Of a DNA stretch of 64,000 bases, positions 36,513 through 50,300 are shown piece by piece (positions within the stretch are counted from its first letter, which is position 1; each line of letters opens with the position of its first letter). The stretch is from Pecten maximus. Its lineage: Eukaryota. A model generated the notes under the pieces. It did not search any database, was not told the origin of the DNA, and was given only the letters and a program-made list of their open reading frames with translations. The DNA is taken from positions 43,586,001 through 43,650,000 of the forward strand of contig NC_047025.1 of NCBI RefSeq assembly GCF_902652985.1. The letters run 5' to 3'. The translations under genes and the position numbers were made by a program.

Positions 36513-39500
36513 ATGCCTGGCAAGAGACGGTCTAAGAAGGTACAAGTAAACCTAACATTACGTCTGTAGTTTAATCTGTCGTCATTTCAAACAAGTGATC
36601 ACAGCCTTCACGAGGACGTAAATTTTGTTTGCAATGTAATTCGCTTCTAAAAAGGGACTTCCAAGGAGTTCTCTATTTCCAGATGTATATAAAGTAGCTG
36701 TAGATATACAATGTCCTTTACATACAGGCTGTATATGTAACACGTGTCCCATATAAACAGGTTATATAACGTGTGTCCCTTATATATATAGGTAATATAT
36801 AACGGGTGTCCCTTATATACAGGTGATATATAACGGATGTCCCATATATACAGGTTATATATAACGGGTGTCCCTTATATACAGGTTATATATAACGGGT
36901 GTCCCTTATATACATGTTCTATATAACGGGTGTCCCTTATATACAGGTTATATAACGCGTGTCCCTTATATATAGGTAATATATAACGGTGTCCCTTATA
37001 TACAGGTTATATATAACGGATGCCCCTTATATACAGGTTATATATAACGGATGTCCCTTATATACAGGTTATATATAACGGGTGTCCCTTATATACATGT
37101 TCTATATAACGGGTGTCCTTTATATACAGGTTATATATAACGGGTGTCCCTTATATACAGATTATATAACGCGTGTCCCTTATATATAGGTAATATATCA
37201 AGGTGTCCCTTATATACAGGTTATATATAACGGGTGTCCCTTATATACAGGTTATATATAACGGGTGTCCCTTATATACAGGTTATATATAACGGGTGTC
37301 CCTTATAAACAGGTTATATATAACGGGTGTCCCTTATATACAGGTTATATATAACGGGTGTCCCTTATAAACAGGTTATATATAACGGGTGTCACTTATA
37401 TACAGGTTATATATAACGGATGTCCCTTATATACATGAGTATATATAACGGATGTCCCTTATATACAGGTTATATATAACGGGTGTCCCTTATATACAGG
37501 TTATATATAACGAGTGTCCCTTATATACAGGTTGTATATTACGGGTGTCCCTTATATACAGGTTGTATATAACGGATGTCCCTTATATACAGGTTGTATA
37601 TTACGGATGTCCCTTATATACATGAGTATATATAACGGGTGTCCCTTATATACAGGTTATATATAACGGATGTCCCTTATATACATGAGTATATATAACG
37701 GTTGTCCCTTATATACAGGTTATATATAACGGGTGTCCCTTATATACAGGTTATATATAACGGGTGTCCCATATATACCGGTTGTATATTACGGGTGTCC
37801 CTTATATACAGGTTATATATAACGGGTGTCCCTTATATACAGGTTGTATATTACGGGTGTCCCTTATATACATGAGCATATATAACGGGTGTCCCTTATA
37901 TACAGGTTATATATAACGGGTGTCCCTTATATACAGGTTATATATAACGGGTGTCCCTTATATACAGGTTGTATATAACGGGTGTCCCTTATATACAGGT
38001 TGCATATTACGGGTGTCCCTTATATACAGGTTGTATATAACGGGTGTCCCTTATATACAGGTTGTATATTACGGGTGTCCCTTATATACATGAGTATATA
38101 TAACGGGTGTCCCTTATATACAGGTTATATATAACGGATGTCCCTTATATACATGAGTATATATAACGGATGTCCCTTATATACAGGTAATATATAACGG
38201 TGTCCCTTATATACATGTTATATATAACGGGTGTCCCTTATATACAGGTTATGTATAACGGATGTCCCTTATATACGGGTTATATAACGGATGTCCCTTA
38301 TATACAGGTTATATATAACGGATGTCCCTTATATACAGGTTATATATAACGGGTGTCCCTTATATACATGAGTATATATAACGGTTGTCCCTTATATACA
38401 GGTTATATATAACGGGTGTCCCTTATATACAGGTTATATATAACGGGTGTCCCTTATATACAGGTTGTATATTACGGGTGTCCCTTATATACAGGTTATA
38501 TATAACGGGTGTCCCTTATATACAGGTTGTATATTACGGGTGTCCCTTATATACATGAGCATATATAACGGGTGTCCCTTATATACAGGTTATATATAAC
38601 GGGTGTCCCTTATATACAGGTTATATATAACGGGTGTCCCTTATATACAGGTTGTATATAACGGGTGTCCCTTATATACAGGTTGCATATTACGGGTGTC
38701 CCTTATATACAGGTTGTATATAACGGGTGTCCCTTATATACAGGTTGTATATTACGGGTGTCCCTTATATACATGAGTATATATAACGGGTGTCCCTTAT
38801 ATACAGGTTATATATAACGGATGTCCCTTATATACATGAGTATATATAACGGATGTCCCTTATATACAGGTAATATATAACGGGTGTCCCATATATACCG
38901 GTTGTATATTACGGGTGTCCCTTATATACAGGTTATATATAACGGGTGTCCTTTATATACAGGTTGTATATTACGGGTGTCCCTTATATACATGAGCATA
39001 TATAACGGGTGTCCCTTATATACAGGTTATATATAACGGGTGTCCCTTATATACAGGTTATATATAACGGGTGTCCCTTATATACAGGTTGCATATTACG
39101 GGTGTCCCTTATATACAGGTTGTATATAACGGGTGTCCCTTATATACAGGTTGTATATTACGGGTGTCCCTTATATACATGAGTATATATAACGGGTGTC
39201 CCTTATATACAGGTTATATATAACGGATGTCCCTTATATACATGAGTATATATAACGGATGTCCCTTATATACAGGTAATATATAACGGTGTCCCTTATA
39301 TACATGTTATATATAACGGGTGTCCCTTATATACAGGTTATGTATAACGGATGTCCCTTATATACGGGTTATATAACGGATGTCCCTTATATACAGGTTA
39401 TATATAACGGATGTCCCTTATATACAGGTTATATATAACGGGTGTCCCTTATATACATGAGTATATATAACGGTTGTCCCTTATATACAGGTTATATATA

Positions 39501-42256
39501 ACGGGTGTCCCTTATATACAGGTTATATATAACGGGTGTCCCTTATATACAGGTTGTATATTACGGGTGTCCCTTATATACAGGTTATATATAACGGGTG
39601 TCCCTTATATACAGGTTGTATATTACGGGTGTCCCTTATATACATGAGCATATATAACGGGTGTCCCTTATATACAGGTTATATATAACGGGTGTCCCTT
39701 ATATACAGGTTATATATAACGGGTGTCCCTTATATACAGGTTGTATATAACGGGTGTCCCTTATATACAGGTTGCATATTACGGGTGTCCCTTATATACA
39801 GGTTGTATATAACGGGTGTCCCTTATATACAGGTTGTATATTACGGGTGTCCCTTATATACATGAGTATATATAACGGGTGTCCCTTATATACAGGTTAT
39901 ATATAACGGATGTCCCTTATATACATGAGTATATATAACGGATGTCCCTTATATACAGGTAATATATAACGGTGTCCCTTATATACATGTTATATATAAC
40001 GGGTGTCCCTTATATACAGGTTATGTATAACGGATGTCCCTTATATACGGGTTATATAACGGATGTCCCTTATATACAGGTTATATATAACGGATGTCCC
40101 TTATATACAGGTTATATATAACGGGTGTCACTTATATACAGGTTATATATAACGGATGTCCCTTATATACATGTTATATATAACGGGTGTCCCTTATATA
40201 CAGGTTATATATAACGGATGTCCCTTATATACAGGTTATATATGACGGGTGTCCCTTATATACAAGATAGATATATAACGGGTGTCCCTTATATACAGGT
40301 TATATATAACGGGTGTCCCTTATATACAGGTGATATATAACGGGTGTCCCTTATATACAGGTTATATATAACGGGTGTCCCTTATAAACAGGTTATATAT
40401 AACGGATGTCCCTTATATACAGGTTGTATATTACGGATGTCCCTTATATACATGAGTATATATAACGGGTGTCCCTTATATACAGGTTATATATAACGGA
40501 TGTCCCTTATATACATGAGTATATATAACGGTTGTCCCTTATATACAGGTTATATATAACGGGTGTCCCTTATATACAGGTTATATATAACGGGTGTCGA
40601 TTATATACAGGTTATATATAACGGGTTCCCTTATATACAGGTTATATATAACGGGTGTCCCTGTATACATACAGGTATCGATGGCAGTTTTATACTACAT
40701 AGTCTTGGTAGTTATTATCTGGTGTTTATCTGAAGTATTCCGCTAACAATGATAGTGAACAATAAGTTAGACAATAGAATACATGTCTTTATCTTTACTC
40801 ATTATTACAGAAGGAAGTTGACGAGGATGAGAATTGCAGTCGGGACGATGGTATGGCTTTATCAAGGAGGTCGCTAAGTAAACGACAGAGAAAAGTTGTC
40901 TCCTACAGTGAAGACAGTCCAAAGACAACAAAGGCATCAAAAGTAACAAAGAAGAATATCCTCAAAGATTCCAATGATAACGAAATACCTCAGGAACATT
41001 CAAAGTTATCGAAGAAATCAAAACTAAAATCAGAAAAGACAAAACTAACAGACATCAAAGTAGTACCGATTAAAACAGAAGAAAAAGAGACGAAAGTAAG
41101 GAAGACTAAAGGTACAATTAGAAGAGGAAAAAAGAAATACAATCAAATTGGTGATGAAAAGAAACTACTTGGCGGTGCATGTGATGGAGTTTGTAATGGC
41201 GCAGCTGCAAACAGCATCGACAAGTCTGCAAAAGATGTACAGTCTGATGATGTATCAGTGACATGCGGTCAAGGTCAGGACTCAATCTCACAGTCCCAGG
41301 ATGCATCAGTGACATGCGGTCAAGGTCAGGACTCAATCTCACAGTCCCAGGATGCATCAGTGACATGCGGTCAAGGTCAGGACTCAATCTCACAGTCCCA
41401 GGATGCTACGTTTACTGTGGGGTCACCGTCTGCACAGGATGATCCCGATCTACATTTCGAGGACAAACATCCCTCTTGTGCCACATCGGAAGCTACACTG
41501 GACACTAACACCACTGAAGCAAAGGAAGATACAGCAAAAACATACGTCAAACAGAGGGACGCACAAAACACAAGTGTCTTACAGGAGGCCAAACAGAGGG
41601 ACACACAGAACACAAGTGTCTTACAGGAGGCCAAACAGAGGGACACACAGAACACAAGTGTCTTACAGGAGGCCAAACAGAGGGACGCACAGAACACAAG
41701 TGTCTTACAGGAGGACAAACAGAGGGACACACAGAACACAAGTGTCTTACAGGAGGCCAAACAGAGGGACACACAGAACACAAGTGTCTCAGAGGAGGAC
41801 AAACAGAGGGACACACAGAACACAAGTGTCTTACAGGAGGACAAACAGAGGGACACACAGAACACAAGTGTCTTACAGGAGGCCAAACAGAGGGACACAC
41901 AAAACACAAGTGTCTTACAGGAGGACAAACAGAGGGACACACAAAACACAAGTGTCTTACAGGAGGACAAACAGAGGGACACACAGAACACAAGTGTCTC
42001 AGAGGAGGACAAACAGAGGGACACACAAAACACAAGTTTCTCAGAGGAGGACAAACAGAATGCGAAAGTTATACAAGAAAACACGGATAACAAAGTTACA
42101 CAAGCAAAAACTTTGTCACGACGTGACTCACTAACCAAGAACAGGGTGTTAATGGATAATGTTGATACCATGGCCGAGAAAGTTGCTCAGAAACTTGCAT
42201 CTCAACAAAATGAACATCTTCGACCTATTCTTGACAGAATGGACGACATCATGAAG
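36513..42256 (+). CDS. Uncharacterised Lys-rich, low-complexity protein with 17-aa and 14-aa tandem repeats; 5' part only (copy 1)
   Basis: Putative exon 36513-36539 (MPGKRRSKK, donor GTACAA). Large exon 40811-42256 after TTATTACAG, phase 0 at both ends, donor GTAAGA. The frame stays open in both copies and the length difference is a multiple of 42 bp. Downstream exons were not identified. Confidence 0.65.
36710..40670. repeat. Intronic minisatellite, 31-bp unit (ATAACGGGTGTCCCTTATATACAGGTTATAT), with 682-bp (22-mer) higher-order duplications
   Basis: Direct periodicity. The variant CATGAGCATA occurs at ~37871 and ~38553. Confidence 0.95.
41549..42058 (+). repeat. Coding VNTR, 42-bp unit (KQRDTQNTSVLQE[A/D]) x12
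   Basis: Seen in the DNA and in ORF 40853-42367. It is preceded by a 51-bp x3 repeat (D[V/A]SVTCGQGQDSISQSQ) at ~41249-41401. Confidence 0.9.
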
Positions 42257-42580
42257 GTAAGAATGTCCTCCAACCTATTTCCTCGCTACTTGCACCTGTA
42301 CAAACTTCATCAAAAAATTGTATCTTTGTGGTTCCGTTATCAAAATAGTCGGCAGTACATAGGATGACACTGTATTCCGAGATGTTCTGTATGTTCATGC
42401 AATTAGTGTTTCATTTATATTGATATTTCAATTTACCACATCGATGACATGTTGATACATTTGTCTATGTTCCACTGGTCATCGTGAGAGTATATCGGAC
42501 TAAAATGCTGTTAAAAGTTTTGATGTTGAAAGTACAAGGTAAAACATTTAATTCATCCACAACATAATGTACTTCTACTA

Positions 42581-42765
42581 CACAGGCAATATGTCTTCAC
42601 GTGAATTTCACGTGAAAAGCGGTAAAAAAGTGAATTTCACGTGAATTTCACGTGAATTACACGTGAAATTTTTGTCCATTTGATTTTTATATGCTGTTTT
42701 TTTCACGTGAAATTCACATGACATTTTTGTCCATTTGATTTTTATATGCTGAAACATTGGCTGTG
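42581..42765. mobile_element. 185-bp MITE with TA TSD, CACAG termini and internal TTCACGTGAA palindromic repeats
   Basis: Termini CACAGGCAAT / ATTGGCTGTG, with TA on both sides. The empty site TCTACTACATATAC is present in copy 2 near 63290. Confidence 0.85.
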
Positions 42766-43131
42766 TACATATACTAGAGCAACAAAAACAACAACAACAC
42801 TGGAACAGTTACAGTTGCCGCCATTAACAGTACTTCACCTCCGGCCACAGTTAACGTGTGTGGTCCTACACCTCTAGCGGCGGTGGTGGTAACAGTGGGC
42901 ACGCATGTCTCATGACAAATTAAAGCAATTCATGTGCCCTTAAGAGACCACCCCTTCACGATTTGTAGGTTTGCTGTATTGCTCTCCTTCATCCGTCTCT
43001 TCATTGGATAACCAAGCCGTCTCACGTACACACCATTTATTCTTCCGGCGTTTCAATACTTTTATGACCTCAAACAAGTCATATCTTCCCTTTCAGACCT
43101 TTTCGAGTTAGCTAATATTGTATCGGGTATC

Positions 43132-43519
43132 CGTCTTTGTCCATGATTGTGTAAACGAGTATAGTTTGTTGGAGGTAGTCTATGTCCACGATTGTGTAAA
43201 CGAGTATAGTTTGTTGGAGGTAGTCTTTGTCCACGATTGTGTAAACGAGTATAGTTTGTTGGAGGTAGTCTTTGTCCACGATTGTGTAAACGAGTATAGT
43301 TTGTTGGAGGTAGTCTTTGTCCACGATTGTGTAAACGAGTATAGTTTGTTGGAGGTAGTCTTTGTCCACGATTGTGTAAACGAGTATAGTTTGTTGGAGG
43401 TAGTCTTTGTCCACGATTGTGTAAACGAGTATAGTTTGTTGGAGGTAGTCTTTGTCCACGATTGTGTAAACGAGTATAGTTTGTTGGAGGTAGTCTTTGT
43501 CCACGATTGTGTAAACGAG
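43132..43519. repeat. Minisatellite, 45-bp unit (GTCTTTGTCCACGATTGTGTAAACGAGTATAGTTTGTTGGAGGTA), truncated by the gap
   Basis: Direct periodicity, ~8.5 copies before the Ns. Confidence 0.93.
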
Positions 43520-43619
43520 NNNNNNNNNNNNNNNNNNNNNNNNNNNNNNNNNNNNNNNNNNNNNNNNNNNNNNNNNNNNNNNNNNNNNNNNNNNNNNNNN
43601 NNNNNNNNNNNNNNNNNNN
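43520..43619. other. Assembly gap (100 N)
   Basis: A run of exactly 100 N, typical of a scaffolding gap of unknown size. Confidence 0.99.
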
Positions 43620-43634
43620 TCGCTTGAATTTTAG

Positions 43635-43723
43635 CTTAAGACTAGTAAGCCAGCTAGAGGTCCTGGGTTCGATCCCAAGCAGCGGCAGCGATTTAAATTT
43701 AATTAATCCTGCACACCGTTACA
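43635..43723 (+). mobile_element. 3' part of the tRNA-containing solo LTR (copy 2), cut by the gap
   Basis: Matches 11586-11673 and ends GTTACA followed by TATA. Confidence 0.65.
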
Positions 43724-44168
43724 TATATAATGGAGGGAAACAACTTACTCATCCTCTGCAACCAGTGCGTGCCGAACCTGTGTTCTAAGAAACCTACGCA
43801 TGACTGCACACGACAGCATTCTGTCAGCGTGGCGATCACAGCTACCATGGTAAGTCTACTTCATCTGTTCATTTGACCTTGAGCCAAGATATAATCAGCA
43901 TTGTCAAAACAAATGAACTTGCATATTCGGACCGTGCGTGCAAACATGTCTTAATGAACCAGACTGCAATAGATTTCGTCAACATCGATCTTTTCTAAAG
44001 TACTGTCGATGTCCAATTATGTTTGAAGCCGGGTCAATGCCAGTGTCAGAAATAAACAGACATATGATTTCAGTGGGTCAAACATGCACCGCAGACTTGT
44101 ATGTACGGCTACCTGATGACAACTGATGCAAAACTAAAAACAGAATGTAGTTTCCATTGATTGTATAC

Positions 44169-44240
44169 CTTTTGAGATGAATATGACGTCGGAAAATAGT
44201 AAAGAGTAAACCTATTTGACTTCGCCTTAGCTTGTGCCAT
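44169..44240 (-). CDS. GDAP1: GDAP1-like exon 1 only (copy 2); remainder lost at the gap
   Basis: Encodes MAQAKAKSNRFTLYYFPTSYSSQK followed by a GT donor, the same peptide as 12190-12119. Confidence 0.8.
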
Positions 44241-44601
44241 GGCCGACGTTTATGCCGGCTTCTTAGGGAGCAAACATTATTTCTTTTGTAATGATGATAG
44301 TCTGGAACTGCCTATTTGATTAATTTTGTTGTAAATGCCTTGATTAAAGCTTTCATAAATTTTATTACAAAATTTCGTTAGCTCCAGTTTATCATCATAC
44401 ACGTGTTAATTCTTTACTATGTGAAAATAAAAGGTGACCAATATTTGTAAACAGAATACTCCAAGAACTCTTTTAAAATGAAGGTAATATAAAATACCTG
44501 ATTTGTCAACGTCTTCCAAACGTTTTTGCTATGCCATTTGTAGACAGCGCGAAAAAGGTTTAAATCAACACCGGTCCGAAAGTGGGGAAGGGGAAGGGAA
44601 A
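44241..44601. promoter_or_regulatory. Compact bidirectional promoter region between GDAP1 and TP53RK (361 bp ATG to ATG)
   Basis: Divergent start codons at 44240 (-) and 44602 (+). E2F-like GCGCGAAAA at ~44547, E-box CACGTG at ~44400 and YY1-like AAAATGGC over the TP53RK ATG (motif matches only). Confidence 0.65.
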
Positions 44602-46849
44602 ATGGCCAGCGAAAGGATTTTGATGAAACAAGGCGCCGAAGCAAAATTGTACAAATTTAGCTTCTATGGAAAACCATGTATTGTTAAAGAACGTTTTAAG
44701 AAAACATACAGACACCCAACTCTCGACGCATCGTTAACCTCGCAGAGAATGAAATCTGAAGTGCGAGCAATGCTCCGAAGCCGAATGTGCGGTAAGGCGT
44801 ACTGAATTTTAGTTTGGAAAATGTCAGTGAACTTCGATAATCATATGACATTTTAAGACGAAATAGTATTACCAGGGGCATGCATATATACTTTGTATGT
44901 CCCTGGCATTACTGACACTCCCACTTGAACTCCCGGTCAGAACATGTATTCACAACGTACCATAACAAGTTATTTCATCGGGTACCAGAAACATTATACA
45001 CTGAATCCCATTGTGACATAGAAATCTCAGATATGACAACATGAAATTCTATGCCTGATTAAATGGGTCACTCAAGGTTAAAGATCAAAGGCAGCACTTG
45101 ACCACTTTCAAAAAAGATGTTACAAATGTAGCGGGACTGGACCGACTGGGTCGATCATCGGTGATTAGGTAGCTCAATTGGTAGAGCATCTGGCAAGTGT
45201 TCGGAGGTCTCGGGTTTGAACCCCGGTCTGGCCACTGCATTTTCTCCTCTCCTGTTACAAAATTGGCGCCCAGCTAAAATACCCACGGTGGTGGTATAAG
45301 GGTCTCGTATGTCTTCGAAGGCGAAGACTTGGAAAAAAGGAGGGAGGTGTCTAGCGGGACTGGACTTGGTCGATCATCTTTGATCAGGTAGCTCAATTGG
45401 TAGAGCATCCGGCTAGTGTTTGGAGGTCCCGCGGCTCACTTACCATTGTATGGTATTTTGACCCTGGTTCATTTCACCATGCTTCAAAATACCATGCCAC
45501 ACCGGGTTCTAACCCCGGTCTGGTCGCTGCATTTTCTCCTCTCCTGTTAGACAAATAGAAGTCATATCATTTATATGTAATATCTATTTTGAAAGCGGTC
45601 TAGTAAAGCAAAGTGAGCATATGCTAACATTGAGCAGAGACTCGCATAAATGTACTTCACCTTCCTCAATAACATGCATACATGCATAAATCTATCAAAG
45701 GTTTGGTTTCATGGTCAGATAGCATTTTAGAGGAAATAGTTATCTATGTGAGCGCAATGTGGCCCATTATTAACAACTTTGATTTTATGTTAAATAGCCA
45801 AATTTCATCCAGACGGAGGAAAATATACTTCAATTTCTTTTTATTCAAAATCCTTAACACTTTTTATGCTCTGGGTTACTCCAACAGTGTTAGAGGATTA
45901 CACTGTACATGTGCAGGGCATTCAGTTGACCCTTTACCTTTAGTAATTTCAGAAGTCAAATCACTATTTCTTAGAAATATAAAGGGTCAAAACATATGTC
46001 AAATAGACATGTCCCTTCAAGCCAAAGAGCCAGATCTTAATTTGGGGAGTCAAAAACATACTCTCAAGGGTCTACTGGATGCCAGCAGTGAGTAATTTAT
46101 GATGTGTGTCGCACGCTTGATGGTTGGCATAAGAATTTTTTTTTTTAATTACCAGTCTTGGGATATGGTATTAACAGGAAATAACAACTTTTCCTATGCA
46201 TGTATATATAAGAAACAGTTTTAGAATAAGGGTGTCTATAACGACAGTAACAATCTGGCGTTTGAATTGGAGATCTTGTTGTATTTGTACAATGCTGATG
46301 AAATATAAATATATGTATACATAATCACTTACATATAAATCATTGTTTTTTACAGGTATTTTTACACCAACAGTTTACTTTGTAGACATGGTGAACAACA
46401 GTATATATATGGAGGAGGTGCACGACTCCCAGACAGTCAGAGACTATATCATGAACATTCAGAAAGAAATTCCTGATATCAATTTAGCAATGACTGTCCT
46501 AGAACCCCTTGGAAAGAAAATTGGTGAAATTTTAGGTGTCATGCACAAAAATAATATCATTCATGGTGACCTAACATCTTCCAATATGCTGCTGAAGGGG
46601 CAACCGTCATCTTTCAATATTGTTATGATAGATTTTGGCCTGAGTCACTTTGAAAATATGCCAGAGGACAAAGGTGTTGATTTGTATGTGTTGGAGCGAG
46701 CCTTGCTGAGTACACATCCTAACACAGAGAAAGTGTTCCAGGTTATACTTGATGCTTACTGTGTCACTAACAAAGATGGAGCCAAGGAGGTCCTCAATAA
46801 GCTGGAGGAAGTGAGAATGAGAGGAAGAAAGCGTACCATGGTGGGATGA
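44602..46849 (+). CDS. TP53RK: TP53-regulating kinase / Bud32 / PRPK, 2 exons, 227 aa (copy 2)
   Basis: Exons 44602-44791 and 46356-46849 with a GT-AG intron. The protein matches copy 1 except at residue 39 (P here, T in copy 1). Confidence 0.95.
45127..45551 (+). mobile_element. TRIM-like LTR retroelement with tRNA-containing LTRs (Helenus-type), copy 2 with intact PPT
   Basis: 5' LTR 45127-45259, PBS-like TGGCGCCCA, PPT GGAAAAAAGGAGGGAGG at 45331-45347, 3' LTR 45350-45551 and TSD CAAA. Confidence 0.85.
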
Positions 46850-47391
46850 AGTAATCTTCTCACTGAGTGTTAAAACCTTGAACTACAGATATAGTATATG
46901 AATTAACTTATCATGTAAGTTGGCAGCAAAAACATTACTGTAAAGATTTACAAAACTGACATGACATGAAATTGAGTTTTGTTATTGATTTTTTTGTGAT
47001 CATTAAAATCAGCTACTAAAACAGCATAAACCATTTTTCTACCTGTTGTGTTTCACGTGTTGTCTCTCGGGGTTTATATTTTAGTGTTACAGTATTACTG
47101 GCCATGGCGAGCAGTGTCTGTTGCCAGAAATGTCTTACAAATCTCTAAATCATCTGTATCCTTGTTATCACTATTTCTTGTGAAGTACAGAAGGGACATT
47201 TCTCAAACTTCACATGTAGGCTGCCCTTGGTCCCTACTTTGTGCCCAGTCAAATTTAAGTCTGATTTGGAAAATCAAATGGCAGACAGGCAGCCATTTTA
47301 GATGTTAATGGTCGATATTTGTAATTGGTACATTTCAGGAAGTTATTGGAAACATTCACTTTTAACAAACACAGTAAGAAACATTAATCAA

Positions 47392-50300
47392 GTTACTAGA
47401 TCCCCACCAATACCCATGTGTCAGGGTTACTACAGATCCCCACCAATACCCATGTGTCAGGGTTACTACAGATCCTCACCAATACCCATGTGTCAGGGTT
47501 ACTACACACCCTCACCAATACCCATGTGTCAGGGTTACTACACACCCTCACCAATACCCATGTGTCAGGGTTACTACACACCCTCACCAATACCCATGTG
47601 TCAGGGTTACTACAGATCCCCACCAATACCCATGTGTCAGGGTTACTACAGATCCTCACCGATACCCATGTGTCAGGGTTACTACAGATCCTCACCAATA
47701 CCCATGTGTCAGGGTTACTACAGATCCTCACCAATACCCATGTGTCCGGGTTACTACAGATCCTCACCAATACCCATGTGTCAGGGTTACTACAGATCCT
47801 CACCAATACCCATGTGTCAGGGTTACTACAGATCCTCACCGATACCCATGTGTCAGGGTTACTACAGATCCTCACCAATACCCATGTGTCAGGGTTACTA
47901 CAGATCCTCACCGATACCCATGTGTCAGGGTTACTACAGATCCCCACCAATACCCATGTGTCAGGGTTACTACACACCCTCACCAATACCCATGTGTCAG
48001 GGTTACTACAGATCCCCACCAATACCCATGTGTCAGGGTTACTACAGATCCCCACCAATACCCATGTGTCAGGGTTACTACACACCCTCACCAATACCCA
48101 TGTGTCAGGGTTACTACAGATCCCCACCAATACCCATGTGTCAGGGTTACTACAGATCCCCACCAATACCCATGTGTCAGGGTTACTACACACCCTCACC
48201 AATACCCATGTGTCAGGGTTACTACAGATCCCCACCAATACCCATGTGTCAGGGTTACTACAGATCCTCACCAATACCCATGTGTCCGGGTTACTACAGA
48301 TCCTCACCAATACCCATGTGTCAGGGTTACTACACACCCTCACCAATACCCATGTGTCAGGGTTACTACAGATCCCCACCAATACCCATGTGTCAGGGTT
48401 ACTACAGATCCCCACCAATACCCATGTGTCAGGGTTACTACAGATCCCCACCAATACCCATGTGTCAGGGTTACTACAGATTCTCACCAATACCCATGTG
48501 TCAGGGTTACTACAGATCCTCACCAATAACCATGTGTCAGGGTTACTACAGATCCCCACCGATACCCATGTGTCAGGGTTACTACAGATCCTCACCAATA
48601 CCCATGTGTCAGGGTTACTACACACCCTCACCAATACCCATGTGTCAGGGTTACTACAGATCCCCACCGATACCCATGTGTCGGGGTTACTACAGATCCC
48701 CAACAATACCCATGTGTCAGGGTTACTACACACCCTCACCAATACCCATGTGTCAGGGTTACTACAGATCCCCACCAATACCCATGTGTCAGGGTTACTA
48801 CACACCCTCACCAATACCCATGTGTCAGGGTTACTACAGATCCCCACCAATACCCATGTGTCAGGGTTACTACACACCCTCACCAATACCCATGTGTCAG
48901 GGTTACTACAGATCCTCACCAATACCCATGTGTCAGGGTTACTACAGATCCCCACCAATACCCATGTGTCAGGGTTACTACACACCCTCACCAATACCCA
49001 TGTGTCAGGGTTACTACAGATCCCCACCAATACCCATGTGTCAGGGTTACTACAGACCCTCACCAATACCCATGTGTCAGGGTTACAACAGATCCTCACC
49101 CATGTGCCAGGGTTACTACAGATCCCCACCAATACCCATGTGTCAGGGTTACTACAGATCCTCACCAATACCCATGTGTCAGGGTTACTACAGATCCTCA
49201 CCAATACCCATGTGCCAGGGTTACTACAGATCCCCACCAATACCCATGTGTCAGGGTTACTACAGATCCCCACCAATACCCATGTGTCGGGGTTACTACA
49301 GATCCCCACTAATACCCATGTGTCAGGGTTACTACAGATCCCCACCGATACCCATGTGTCGGGGTTACTACAGATCCCCACTAATACCCATGTGTCAGGG
49401 TTACTACAGATCCTCATCAATACCCATGTGTCAGGGTTACTACACACCCTCACCAATACCCATGTGTCAGGGTTACTACAGACCCTCACCAATACCCATG
49501 TGTCAGGGTTACTACAGATCCTCACCGATACCCATGTGTCAGGGTTACTACAGATCCCCACCAATACCCATGTGTCAGGGTTACTACAGACCCTCACCAA
49601 TACCCATGTGTCAGGGTTACTACAGATCCTCACCGATACCCATGTGTCAGGGTTACTACAGACCCTCACCAATACCCATGTGTCAGGGTTACTACAGATC
49701 CTCATCAATACCCATGTGTCAGGGTTACTACACACCCTCACCAATACCCATGTGTCAGGGTTACTACAGACCCTCACCAATACCCATGTGTCGGGGTTAC
49801 TACAGATCCCCACCAATACCCATGTGTCAGGGTTACTACAGATTCTCACCAATACCCATGTGTCAGGGTTACTACAGATCCTCACCAATAACCATGTGTC
49901 AGGGTTACTACAGATCCCCACCGATACCCATGTGTCAGGGTTACTACAGATCCTCACCAATACCCATGTGTCAGGGTTACTACACACCCTCACCAATACC
50001 CATGTGTCAGGGTTACTACAGATCCCCACCGATACCCATGTGTCGGGGTTACTACAGATCCCCACCAATACCCATGTGTCAGGGTTACTACAGATCCCCA
50101 CCAATACCCATGTGTCAGGGTTACTACACACCCTCACCAATACCCATGTGTCAGGGTTACTACAGATCCCCACCAATACCCATGTGTCAGGGTTACTACA
50201 GATCCTCACCAATACCCATGTGTCCGGGTTACTACAGATCCTCACCAATACCCATGTGTCAGGGTTACTACAGATCCTCACCAATACCCATGTGTCAGGG

